Positions 1-8,215 of a stretch of 26,758 nt of DNA are shown here, one piece after another (within the stretch, counting starts at the first letter, position 1; every line of letters begins with the position of its first letter). The position numbers and the translations under genes are program-made. Under the pieces are notes generated by a model. It was given only the letters and a program-made list of their open reading frames with translations. It was not told the DNA's origin and made no database searches. Source of the stretch: a virus (lineage: Duplodnaviria; Heunggongvirae; Uroviricota; Caudoviricetes); IMG/VR virus record IMGVR_UViG_3300005253_000053, one strand, 5' to 3'.

Positions 1-225
1 CTTAGGCTCCTTCGGCTTGATCGCCTCGATGACCTTTCGGCACAGAGCCTCTGCCTGTGCCAGCGAGATCAGACCGTGCGGGGCACTGGTGTACATCGAG
101 CCACTGTCCGTTACGATGGTCCAGCTTTTGACAAAATGTGGCCCGAGCAACGACGCCCCCATTATATCGTAGCGAACGGTGTATCCGTCGATTTCAGCCT
201 CTCTGACGATGTGGGGCTCGATCAT
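1..225 (-). CDS. Hypothetical protein, 3' end lies beyond the left window edge. It is not in the supplied ORF track because no stop codon falls inside the window.
   Basis: Hand translation of the minus strand from the ATG at 225-223 gives MIEPHIVREAEIDGYTVRYDIMGASLLGPHFVKSWTIVTDSGSMYTSAPHGLISLAQAEALCRKVIEAIKPKEPK... The frame stays open to position 1. An AGGAGA Shine-Dalgarno sits 7 nt upstream, immediately after the TAG of the preceding gene (242-244). The composition looks protein-like. Confidence 0.45.
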   Translation of the reverse strand, partial: MIEPHIVREAEIDGYTVRYDIMGASLLGPHFVKSWTIVTDSGSMYTSAPHGLISLAQAEALCRKVIEAIKPKEPK

Positions 226-241
226 GGTCTGTCTCCTGTCC

Positions 242-1252
242 CTACACTGGGCCACCGCACGCACGGTATGCGCCAGCCGGGAGCTTCCAGTCACTAATAA
301 TGACCTCGTCGCGGGGGTAGTGCTTGCCCACGGCGATCTCACGCTGGTGATCCTCACTGGTGATCTGCTCGAAGACCGCGCCCCGATCAGCCTGCTCGCG
401 GATGCTCAGCTTGCGCTGGATCGTCGTCTCGAACTCGGCCTCGTAGCCAGCGACCTTCTCGAAGCGCTGGGGGTCGAGGGCACGGACGCTGGCCCACTGG
501 TCCTTGTTGCCGAAGATGCAGGCGAGGCAGGATGCGCGGCCCCAGCCCAGGTGGTAGCACGGGTGCGGGTTGATGCTGAAGTCCTTGGTGATGTCCCAGA
601 CCTGCTGCTCGGTCCACTGGTGGATCGCGCGCCACTGGTGTACTTCGCGGCGGCGCGTCGAGTTGATAACCTCGGCGGTGTTGTAGTTCGCGCGGGCCGT
701 GCTCTCCTCGGCGCGCTCTCCGGTCACGAGCAGGACCTTGACCTGCTGATCCAGTTCGCCCTTGAACTCGGCGTTGATGACACGGCGGGCGACGTCGATC
801 TTCAGGTAGGCGGAGCACCAGCGGACGGACAGGTCGGCGCTGACCTGGGGGAACTTGCGGCGGGTGCCAGCCTTGCCGGACTTGCCCGGCGCAAGGTAGC
901 AGATCTCGTCGGAGCCGTCGCGGGCCTCGTACTTGACGCCCTTCGTCGTCTCGTTCTCGCGGAGCATCTCGCCCTCGAAGCCGCCGACCTTCCACTGGAA
1001 GTAGATGGGCAGGTCCAGGGCCTCGGCGACCGCGCGGCAGTAGTCCGGCGTGATCGCCCAATCCATCAGTTCGCTGCCTTCGCGGCCGTCAATGTCGTGG
1101 TGCCAGAGTTCGATCTTGTCCTTCACTTCGGGGTACTCGCGGAGCAGCTTCAGGACGCAGGCCAGCGAGTCCTTGCCACCAGAGAAGCCGACGATGATGT
1201 GGTCGTACTCGGTCGGGTCGATGGCGCGGGTGATGGGCTGACTCTTAGGCAT
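242..1252 (-). CDS. PP-loop ATP-pyrophosphatase of the PAPS-reductase / DndC-like family. This family occurs in phage DNA-modification and sulfur-metabolism contexts.
   Basis: 336 aa. A canonical PP-loop motif is present (VGFSGGKDSLACV) near the N-terminus. There is a C-terminal Cys cluster (CYHLGWGRASCLAC). An AGGGAGA SD lies upstream of the ATG at 1252. Confidence 0.7.
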   Translation of the reverse strand: MPKSQPITRAIDPTEYDHIIVGFSGGKDSLACVLKLLREYPEVKDKIELWHHDIDGREGSELMDWAITPDYCRAVAEALDLPIYFQWKVGGFEGEMLRENETTKGVKYEARDGSDEICYLAPGKSGKAGTRRKFPQVSADLSVRWCSAYLKIDVARRVINAEFKGELDQQVKVLLVTGERAEESTARANYNTAEVINSTRRREVHQWRAIHQWTEQQVWDITKDFSINPHPCYHLGWGRASCLACIFGNKDQWASVRALDPQRFEKVAGYEAEFETTIQRKLSIREQADRGAVFEQITSEDHQREIAVGKHYPRDEVIISDWKLPAGAYRACGGPV

Positions 1253-1277
1253 GTCTGTCTCCCTGTCCTATGGTTAT

Positions 1278-1306
1278 AATATACATTCCGGACAGTTATT
1301 TTGCAA
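1278..1306 (-). promoter_or_regulatory. Sigma70-like promoter on the minus strand (TTGCAA, 17-nt spacer, TATATT) that would drive the PP-loop gene.
   Basis: The -35 TTGCAA is at 1306-1301 and the -10 TATATT (revcomp of aatata) at 1283-1278, 17 nt apart. They sit in an AT-rich 80-bp island ~25 nt upstream of the SD/ATG at 1252. Confidence 0.45.
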
Positions 1307-1343
1307 GGATTTTCTAGGGATTTTTGTGTGTTTTTAAGGAGGG

Positions 1344-1381
1344 GCCGGGCTCCCCTGGGGGACAGGGACGGGGAGCCCGGC
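1344..1381. repeat. Perfect 12-bp GC-rich inverted repeat (hairpin) in the intergenic region.
   Basis: gccgggctcccc (1344-1355) and ggggagcccggc (1370-1381) are exact reverse complements, separated by a 14-nt loop. A T-run lies on the plus strand just before the hairpin, so it is not a canonical terminator for the minus-strand transcripts. Confidence 0.5.
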
Positions 1382-1400
1382 GGGACAGGAGAAAGGTGGA

Positions 1401-2171
1401 TCAGTTCTGATCCACCCTCACCGATGGGGCAAGGACCTTGTTGAGGGACCGGAATCCCTCAACCTGACGCGCCGGAGACTGGCTCTTCATCACCTCGGTG
1501 GCGCAGTTGTAGAGGCTCCAGGCGTTCCTGGGCCGGAAATCGTCGTGGGAGGGGCGCTGCCACTCCTCGTAGACCGGGACGATCTTGTTGCTGGCGAAGG
1601 CTCCCGCCCGGGCCATGTCCACGATCAGGCTCTTGGTATCGCCCTCGGTCAGATCCCGGGCGCGAAGCTCATCGTGCATCGTGGTGAGGTCCATATTGGC
1701 CTCGAAGAACTTGTCGAAGGCCTCGCCGACGCTGCCTTCCAGGTCGAACTCGCGACCGTGGATGTGGCGGACCTGATACTCGCCCACGAACATGCCGTTG
1801 TCGCAGACAAAGACCCGGCCGCCTGCCATGATCCGCTGGGCAGTCGACTTGTCCATGCTGGTGGCGATCCCCATGCTCATGCCGGTGCCCTTGGGCGTCT
1901 CGTAGTTGGGGATCGGGCCGAAGTCGACGGCCCCGTACAGACGAGCACCGAGAACCTTGACACGGGTGCCCGCTTCGTTCTCGTAGCTGCCATCCATAAG
2001 GCCCCAGCGTTCGGACGTGACTTCCAGGCCACGGCTTTTGGCTTCGGTCAGGATGGCGCGAGCGACGTCAGCGTGCGGCGCGGGCGTCCAAGTCGACGTA
2101 CGCGGAGGCGTCTCGATGGTATCGAGGCGCTCCCGGGTCACTTCGTGGGCTCCGCAGTGAAGCATCAGCAT
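1401..2171 (-). CDS. Hypothetical phage/plasmid-associated protein. It possibly belongs to the DUF932-like family; that is from memory only.
   Basis: 256-aa ORF with balanced composition. It lies between two promoter-like intergenic regions. No catalytic motif was recognised. Confidence 0.4.
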   Translation of the reverse strand: MLMLHCGAHEVTRERLDTIETPPRTSTWTPAPHADVARAILTEAKSRGLEVTSERWGLMDGSYENEAGTRVKVLGARLYGAVDFGPIPNYETPKGTGMSMGIATSMDKSTAQRIMAGGRVFVCDNGMFVGEYQVRHIHGREFDLEGSVGEAFDKFFEANMDLTTMHDELRARDLTEGDTKSLIVDMARAGAFASNKIVPVYEEWQRPSHDDFRPRNAWSLYNCATEVMKSQSPARQVEGFRSLNKVLAPSVRVDQN

Positions 2172-2235
2172 GGCGAGGTCTCCCTTTTCTGTTCTGGGCA
2201 GTCCTGTTTGGTCCCGCCCTGGTGACTACACTCGT

Positions 2236-2264
2236 ATTATCGGATTCAGCTACCCTTTTGTCCA
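2236..2264 (-). promoter_or_regulatory. Sigma70-like promoter on the minus strand (TGGACA, 17-nt spacer, GATAAT) upstream of the 1401..2171 gene.
   Basis: The -35 is the revcomp of tgtcca at 2259-2264. The -10 is the revcomp of attatc at 2236-2241. The spacer is 17 nt. The region is AT-rich and intergenic. Confidence 0.4.
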
Positions 2265-2402
2265 GGTATTTCTAAAATTATTTACATGATTTTATATAAC
2301 CAGCAACACTTTCAGAACCCAAATCTTCATGGGGTTTCCCTCCTGTGAGATCGGATCACCATTGATCCGGATTATACGCTCATGTTGGTAATCCTGTCGA
2401 TA

Positions 2403-4802
2403 TTAGGCAACATCCTTGTTTCCTGTCTGATCTGTCGCGCCGAACCAATTCGCAGCTCCCGCATTAGGGTAAGGGATGGCACCACGGATTCCTTGCGAAA
2501 GGTTAGCGTCAATGACATTGTTGTCTGCTCCGATAATTGTTTCGATAGCAGCGTTTTCCGTACTAGCGCCATCATCGATAGAAGTTATAATGTTGTGGAC
2601 GACAACGTTAAGATCCCCCTCAATCTTGATGCCCTGCTTCCTGAAGTCTCTAATAGTGCATCCACTAATTTTACACCGGGCTGAAACAGGAGGTAAACGT
2701 ATACCGATTCCAATTCTTCTAGTACTTGAAGTACCTAAACCGCTTATCTGGCAATTATCAATAACTGACTCGCTACCGAGACCACCTGTCGTACTTTGTT
2801 GTATAGCCTGTGCTGTATCGAGTGTTGTTATCAGGTTCAAGCAATGTACTTGACAATTGGACAATGTAGTTCCGCTTACTTGGATTCCTACAGCGGCAGC
2901 GTCTGTACATGACGACATATCAGCAAGACAGTTAGATACCCTAAGCCCTCCTTGAAATTTACCAATGGACTTTATGCCTGTATCTAAAAAGTTCTTTACT
3001 GTGCAACTTTCTATCCGTCCCTCACCTTGAACAACGAGTGCGTTGCCACCACGGAAGAATGCAGCCGTACCCTCTGGGGAACTCCTGACCAAGCATCCTT
3101 TAATAACACTTCCTGATCCATTCGTCCCACCTAAACTTACTGCAACACCGGTATCGTTCGCCCCTTCAGCTTGGAATTCACAATCTATAACCTCATGACC
3201 AGTCTCAGTACCCACATCAAACTGGATAATACTTGCTGCGTGCCCAGATACTGATGGGCTGCACCTGAATACAATCCCCTCTAAACGAATATTGTTTCCA
3301 ACTAATTCTACCAGCTTGTTACCAGTAGCAGACGGTGAGCCCTCTATTCTCGTGCCCGAAGAACCTGATTTGGTTCCACTAACTACTAGGTTTGACCTGG
3401 AAATAATAAGCTCGGACGCACCCAAGGAGATTACTGCACTGGCCAGTTCAACATGACCACTGATGTTAAAGTTCAAGGCATCTGAGAAACTGATACCCAG
3501 AGTAGAGAATCTTGGGGTCCAGAAATCATGCCCAATTACTTCGAGGTTTGTGAAGCCTGTAGGTATCTGGGTTTTTCCAGAAAGGATCGAGGTACCGTCT
3601 AACCAAACCCTGAGTGTTGTCACATCCGTAAAGTCATCCGTCTCAAAAAGAGTGCCTTCAAGAAGGTACAGGTCTAATGTCGTTGAGCCGAAAGCCTTGC
3701 CTGTGGTGTCATCAATGTCACATCTTCTACAGGTGACCGTAAGTAAAGTCCCTCCGATCAGGTTCTGGTTAGCTATAGGAGTCAAAATACTATTTTCCAA
3801 CTCAATAGTCCCGTCGCCAGTAAATCGAATAAAGTCAACAGTGGGTCCAGTTGCTAAGTCACGTATATGACTAAACCTAGCACGCAAGGATGAGTTTTTA
3901 GGAAAGAGAATTCCTCCAGTTGCACTGCCTTCTCTAACAATATCAATACCAACAAACTCTGCTTCCACAAATCCCGGGTTAAGTGTAGCTTCCGTATCCA
4001 GGGTTAGAAGACTTGTCCCACTAAACTGAAAAGAATAAAAAGAAACTCCTGGCTCGACTTGACCGACCATCTTGAAGGGTTTGGTCACGGTCAGATTGCC
4101 ACCGGTGAAGGTCGCGTCTGCTCGGACAATGAAAAGGGCGGATTCCTGTCCAGAGTTCTCAAAGTCGGAGAGCGCCGTTCGGATAGCTGACCCAGCGTAA
4201 TCTGGGCTGATGCCCCCGATCTTTGCTACAAAAACCCCCCGCGTGGCCAGTTCGTCCAGGTGGTCTTTGACTGACGAGCCGTCCGCAACCGTCCAGTCCG
4301 CAGTTGCAGCCTGGGTATGGGCAGACTGCTCGGTCTTGTGCCTCCGATTCACGGTCGAAGCGGCCTGCCCCAGGTCTCCGTGCGTACTGTGGTAGAAGCT
4401 CCGCACGTCCTCGATGTCACTCTGGACGACGATGACCGTGCCCGCCTCGTTGATCTTGATGGCCGCGATGGGGATGTGGTCCGTCGGGATGACCGGGACC
4501 GAGGTGTCGAAGGTTCCGGCAGGCTGGTCCATGCCGGGCGTGGTCACGATACCGAAAGTCGGGCCACTCGGGTCGAGCGTGACCAAGTCCCACCGCTCCA
4601 CGTCACCGCCACCGCCGGAGAAGACAGCGAACGGCCCCACGGCCGCAGCGGGGATGGTGTCCAGCGTCACGCCGTCTTCCTGGACGAACGTGCCTGTGGA
4701 CACCTGAACGTTGGCGTCCGGTACCGCGCTGGCCTCCGCCAGGAAGCTGTCGTTCGGCGCTCCGACGTCAAATTGATGCCGCTCCAGTGCTTTCTCAACC
4801 AC
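2403..4802 (-). CDS. Tailspike / tail fibre with a C-terminal right-handed parallel beta-helix domain (pectate-lyase-like; a putative receptor-binding domain or depolymerase).
   Basis: 799 aa. The C-terminal ~370 aa carry reiterated beta-helix rungs (..SNCQVHC.., ..DNCQISG.., ..SNCLADMSSC.., ..IDCEFQAEG.., ..VIKGCLV..). It is the last gene of the tail module. The N-terminal ~245 aa are encoded at the native ~65% GC. The remaining ~555 aa are encoded at ~42% GC. Confidence 0.7.
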   Translation of the reverse strand: MVEKALERHQFDVGAPNDSFLAEASAVPDANVQVSTGTFVQEDGVTLDTIPAAAVGPFAVFSGGGGDVERWDLVTLDPSGPTFGIVTTPGMDQPAGTFDTSVPVIPTDHIPIAAIKINEAGTVIVVQSDIEDVRSFYHSTHGDLGQAASTVNRRHKTEQSAHTQAATADWTVADGSSVKDHLDELATRGVFVAKIGGISPDYAGSAIRTALSDFENSGQESALFIVRADATFTGGNLTVTKPFKMVGQVEPGVSFYSFQFSGTSLLTLDTEATLNPGFVEAEFVGIDIVREGSATGGILFPKNSSLRARFSHIRDLATGPTVDFIRFTGDGTIELENSILTPIANQNLIGGTLLTVTCRRCDIDDTTGKAFGSTTLDLYLLEGTLFETDDFTDVTTLRVWLDGTSILSGKTQIPTGFTNLEVIGHDFWTPRFSTLGISFSDALNFNISGHVELASAVISLGASELIISRSNLVVSGTKSGSSGTRIEGSPSATGNKLVELVGNNIRLEGIVFRCSPSVSGHAASIIQFDVGTETGHEVIDCEFQAEGANDTGVAVSLGGTNGSGSVIKGCLVRSSPEGTAAFFRGGNALVVQGEGRIESCTVKNFLDTGIKSIGKFQGGLRVSNCLADMSSCTDAAAVGIQVSGTTLSNCQVHCLNLITTLDTAQAIQQSTTGGLGSESVIDNCQISGLGTSSTRRIGIGIRLPPVSARCKISGCTIRDFRKQGIKIEGDLNVVVHNIITSIDDGASTENAAIETIIGADNNVIDANLSQGIRGAIPYPNAGAANWFGATDQTGNKDVA

Positions 4803-4820
4803 GTCAAATTCTCCTATCCG

Positions 4821-5714
4821 TTATTCCAGGACCTCGAAGAAGAAGACCTCTCCCGCGACAGCCGCCGGAGACAGAGCCGTGATGCCCACCGGATGGTTCT
4901 CGGTGTACCCGTCGCCGCTGAAGATCCTCTTGCCGTTTCTCCAAACCCACAGACGGTTGAGCCCAGCCGAGAAGGTGAGCGGAACTGCGATGGCGACCTC
5001 GCCGCCGACCGCCACGAACTTGAAGCGGTTGATCGGGCCGAGTTCGCCGAACAGGCCGATGCCCTGGCAGTCGCATCCCGAGGCGTTCTGAAGAAAGCTG
5101 ATGACCCACCGGACCGTCAGCGTCTTGTTCGAGTCCTTCGTGATGCCCGGGAACGTCTTGCGAGCGAACATCCGAGGCCCGTTGGCCACGGTGACCAGCC
5201 CGGCCTCGGTGAACACGTTGCCGTTCCCCGTGGCCGTATCCATCGTGCTACTGAACTGAACGAAGGTCGTGCCCGTGGTCGGCGGGAAGACCGTCGTCGT
5301 GGTCAGGATCAAATTCTCAAGAGCCGTGTCGGTCGCCGCCGGGGGCGGAGGCGTCGTTGGGTCAGGTCCGTCACCCCACTGGACGCCGCCGATCCGGTTG
5401 TTGGCCGAATCGATGCCGCCCAGGTTGAGCGCCATGATCAGCGGCGCGTTGGCGACAATCAGGTTCAGGTCGCTGAAGGACTCCTTCTCATTCAGGACTG
5501 CCGTGCCGTCGGGCAGGATGTCGTGGACTTCCAGGTGGAACTCACCCTTGATCAGGGGAGCGATCTCGATGATAGACCCGTCCGCCTTCGGAGCAGGAGG
5601 AGCCAACTTCGGAGCGGCGGATCTACGCCACTGGCCGTTGATCCACACCAAATGGCCGCCCATTCCATCCGGGACGCTTGCGCCCTCTGGAATTGATGCA
5701 CGCTTCGGGTCCAT
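4821..5714 (-). CDS. Putative tail fibre / receptor-binding protein.
   Basis: The ORF track gives 4821..5996, but the 5' 94 codons overlap the upstream gene. The internal ATG at 5714 is preceded by AGGAG 6 nt upstream and follows the stop of the 5723..6163 gene. The resulting protein is 298 aa with a Pro/Thr-rich linker (DGPDPTTPPPPAATDT...TTTTVFPPTTGTT). It lies between the I-like gene and the tailspike. Confidence 0.45.
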   Translation of the reverse strand: MDPKRASIPEGASVPDGMGGHLVWINGQWRRSAAPKLAPPAPKADGSIIEIAPLIKGEFHLEVHDILPDGTAVLNEKESFSDLNLIVANAPLIMALNLGGIDSANNRIGGVQWGDGPDPTTPPPPAATDTALENLILTTTTVFPPTTGTTFVQFSSTMDTATGNGNVFTEAGLVTVANGPRMFARKTFPGITKDSNKTLTVRWVISFLQNASGCDCQGIGLFGELGPINRFKFVAVGGEVAIAVPLTFSAGLNRLWVWRNGKRIFSGDGYTENHPVGITALSPAAVAGEVFFFEVLE

Positions 5715-5722
5715 GTCTGCTC

Positions 5723-6163
5723 CTATCCAATCACCACAGCCGTGCCCCCGAGGGCAAAGGCGTGGGTAATGACGGCTTCGTTGACGTTCGAGACGTTCAC
5801 ATCGAGAGCCTCGACGGATTTCCCGTTCGTATCGAAGAGCGACACAGATACCGCCGCCCTGTTGAAGTTGTGCGTCAGCGTCCAAGTCACCACGGCGGGC
5901 GTGATCGTGAACAAGGTGATCGTCGCCGTGTTCGTCGGTGTCGGGAACGAAATCAGGATCTGGAACGCACCTCCCAGAAACTGCTTGAGCAGCCACTGCG
6001 TGGGCGCGTTGGAAGTGTCCAGCCAGAACATGCCCTCCTTCGGCGCGGCCGGTGCGGTATCTCCCGCGTTGGCAGTGCCCAGAGCATCCAGGTTGACCCG
6101 GACCTTGACCGATTCCAGATCAGACCGGTTGGCTGGCGTCCCGAATACGAATCCCTGGCTCAT
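5723..6163 (-). CDS. Small hypothetical tail-associated protein.
   Basis: 146-aa ORF packed tightly between the gpI-like gene and the fibre gene. The composition is beta-rich and Ig-like. Confidence 0.4.
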   Translation of the reverse strand: MSQGFVFGTPANRSDLESVKVRVNLDALGTANAGDTAPAAPKEGMFWLDTSNAPTQWLLKQFLGGAFQILISFPTPTNTATITLFTITPAVVTWTLTHNFNRAAVSVSLFDTNGKSVEALDVNVSNVNEAVITHAFALGGTAVVIG

Positions 6164-6172
6164 CCTCAGACC

Positions 6173-8215
6173 TCAAAAAGTCAATACCGTGACAGGGTTT
6201 GGAGGATCGGTGACCGTGATCTCCAGGAAGTCCCCTTCAATACGGGCCTCGTCCTCGAACGAGGTCCGAACGTCGTCCGGCTGCCCTGCCTCAACGGTCG
6301 TAAACTCTACCAGATTCCCCTCACTGCTTGTCAAATCGACCAGATCTGCCATGTACCGTTCGATCTGGGGGTCGGCTAAGGTGGACTGGACGTTGAAATT
6401 CCGGTACTGGGCCGTGGGCGCGGAGCCCGTGGCGGTGTTGAACGTCACCACGAAATAACCGCTTTGGTAGTCAATGCTTCCGCTGCCGTCGCCTACAAGG
6501 CCACCGTGGCCGTCATCGAAGATCTGCTGGCTGCCTACGAGATCCGTGAAAGACAGCGTCCCCGGGATGAGGTGGCCCGGAGCCAGCGTCCCGTTGTAGA
6601 GCGTGAGCCCGAAGACCCCGATGACGACACCGCTCTGGCTCTGGGTCGGGTAGGTGTACGTCTTCAGGTCGGCCTGATTCGGCCCACAGGTACCGCCCTC
6701 GCTGATCGAGGCCGTCTCGTCGATGGGGATGTTGATGTTCAGCGTCCGGATCAGAACGTGGATCGGCCGGACGACCTCTACCGCACCCAGGATCGCGCCG
6801 ACAGCCCGGTCACCAGCCTTGTGCGGGACCGTGTCGTCGATATCGAACTCCAGATCCACTCGGGCCGCCCGAAACGGGGTGATGATCGTGTTATATGTCG
6901 AGCGCAGGAACTGGCTTGAGCGGATCAGACGGTTGAAGTTGATGAAGCCATCGCCCGCTTCGAGGTCCATCTGGCCCACGGCCGCGAGCGATCCGGTGAT
7001 CGCGCCCGTGACCGGGTCGACCGTGAGCGTCTCGGAGTCCACCGGGACGTAGTCAGCCGTGGGACCGCTGGTGGTGATGACGTCGAACGTGACCGCGAAG
7101 GCCCCGGTCGTGTAGTTGATCGTGCCCGTGCCGTCGCCTGTAAGATTCCCCTGGCCGTCGTCAGTAACAGTCTGCGAGCCCCCAACGTCCTCGATGGTCA
7201 GCGTCCCGGCCTGGAGCGGGAACTCCACCAACGTCCCGGCATACGCCGCGCTTCCAGATGCCCCTATAACCTCGCCGATCACGGCCGGGAAGGCGTCAAG
7301 CCGCAAGGCGAGCGTCAGCGGATCGGCCGGATTGGTCAGGAAGTCGAACTGGAAGTTGACGATGTCCGTGTCGTTACCGCCGCCAACAATGATCGGGCCG
7401 ATAGTGGCCGCGTCAGTCCGCTCAATGCGGCTGTAGAACTCGCCCGGATCGTCCCCGTAGAGGTTGAACGGGTTGCTCTTCCAAAGCTCGAAGACCTCGA
7501 TCTCGTAATCGAGTGTCCGGAGCAGAGCGAACCAGGACCGCCTGCCCGCTTTCGTCTGCCACAGGTCCCGCAGACTGCGCAGCAGAGCCCTGGAGGTGTC
7601 CAGGTCGATGTCAGCCACGGTCTCCGGGAAGCCGTAGCCCTGGAATCGGAAGATCAGGTTCTCTGGCGTGGTCTTGTCGACGTCGTTGAGGTCCGCGAAC
7701 TCCTCGATCTTGTCAACAAGTTGAGTGGATTCAAGCTCGACGGGCCAGAAGAATCGCTGGATGATAGGCAGCCGCGCCATCCTGTCCCAGATCGCGCCAT
7801 CCTGGTCCCACTGAGAGGCAAACTCAACCTGCGCGCCGGTCAGGTACGACAGGAAGACCGGATATTCCGTCGTAACGGCGAACGTCACGAGTACGCGGCC
7901 GGTCTCGTAGTTGACCGTGCCAGTGCCATCGCCCGTCAAATTGCCGTCCCCGTCGTCTGCAAGCTGCTGAGTGCCCGAGAACACCGCGACCGTGTCCCGA
8001 TTGATCGGGTCGTCCGCGATGATCGTGTACTCTGTGTCCCCCGACTCGCCCATCTTCTCCAAGCGCGAGTTGGAGGGGTCCCAGATGTCCGCGAGCCCCG
8101 TGGGTGCAGCATCCTGGTCCTTTCGGATCAGGTGATCGGGCAGCAGACCGTATAGGTTGATCTCGAACCCGTTGTGGGGCTCACGTCCCGTTCTGGTTGT
8201 GCGGGTCGGAGGCAT
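6173..8215 (-). CDS. Enlarged P2 gpI-like tail protein (Mu gp48-like baseplate protein) carrying three ~50-aa internal repeats.
   Basis: The N-terminus (LYGLLPDHLIRKDQDAAPTGLADIWDP) matches the gpI signature (LLP...I..LWNPD). It lies immediately downstream of the J-like gene, as in P2. Three copies of GTL..D.VGSQ...DDG.GNLTGDGTGTI.Y.TG..VTF are present at about aa 81-116, 337-392 and 547-606. Confidence 0.6.
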   Translation of the reverse strand: MPPTRTTRTGREPHNGFEINLYGLLPDHLIRKDQDAAPTGLADIWDPSNSRLEKMGESGDTEYTIIADDPINRDTVAVFSGTQQLADDGDGNLTGDGTGTVNYETGRVLVTFAVTTEYPVFLSYLTGAQVEFASQWDQDGAIWDRMARLPIIQRFFWPVELESTQLVDKIEEFADLNDVDKTTPENLIFRFQGYGFPETVADIDLDTSRALLRSLRDLWQTKAGRRSWFALLRTLDYEIEVFELWKSNPFNLYGDDPGEFYSRIERTDAATIGPIIVGGGNDTDIVNFQFDFLTNPADPLTLALRLDAFPAVIGEVIGASGSAAYAGTLVEFPLQAGTLTIEDVGGSQTVTDDGQGNLTGDGTGTINYTTGAFAVTFDVITTSGPTADYVPVDSETLTVDPVTGAITGSLAAVGQMDLEAGDGFINFNRLIRSSQFLRSTYNTIITPFRAARVDLEFDIDDTVPHKAGDRAVGAILGAVEVVRPIHVLIRTLNINIPIDETASISEGGTCGPNQADLKTYTYPTQSQSGVVIGVFGLTLYNGTLAPGHLIPGTLSFTDLVGSQQIFDDGHGGLVGDGSGSIDYQSGYFVVTFNTATGSAPTAQYRNFNVQSTLADPQIERYMADLVDLTSSEGNLVEFTTVEAGQPDDVRTSFEDEARIEGDFLEITVTDPPNPVTVLTF

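Noticed and set aside
387-1061. Minus-strand alternative-frame ORFs such as 387..1061, 12512..13111, 23036..23380, 23377..23727, 19482..19961 and 20710..21153.
   Set aside because: They are out-of-frame overlaps of better ORFs. Their composition is extremely Arg/Pro/Gly-biased, and they have no motifs and no ribosome-binding sites.
179-1279. Long plus-strand ORFs running antisense to the minus-strand genes. Examples are 179..1279, 1545..2225, 4317..5696, 5678..6379, 9031..10266, 10372..11136, 16257..17054, 18952..19986, 22023..22862 and 24259..24924.
   Set aside because: They are Arg/Ala/Gly/Pro-rich, lack SD sequences, and each lies entirely inside a well-supported minus-strand gene. This is the expected stop-codon-poor antisense artefact of ~62% GC DNA.
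2342-2359. A short hairpin (cggatca-ccat-tgatccg) downstream of the tailspike stop, considered as an intrinsic terminator.
   Set aside because: The stem is only 7 bp and has no U-tract on the correct side for the minus-strand transcript.
4821-5996. The full-length 391-aa ORF as the fibre gene.
   Set aside because: The 5' 94 codons overlap the upstream 146-aa gene in another frame, and the product is Arg/Asp/His-rich. An internal ATG at 5714 with an AGGAG SD immediately after the stop of the upstream gene is the better start.
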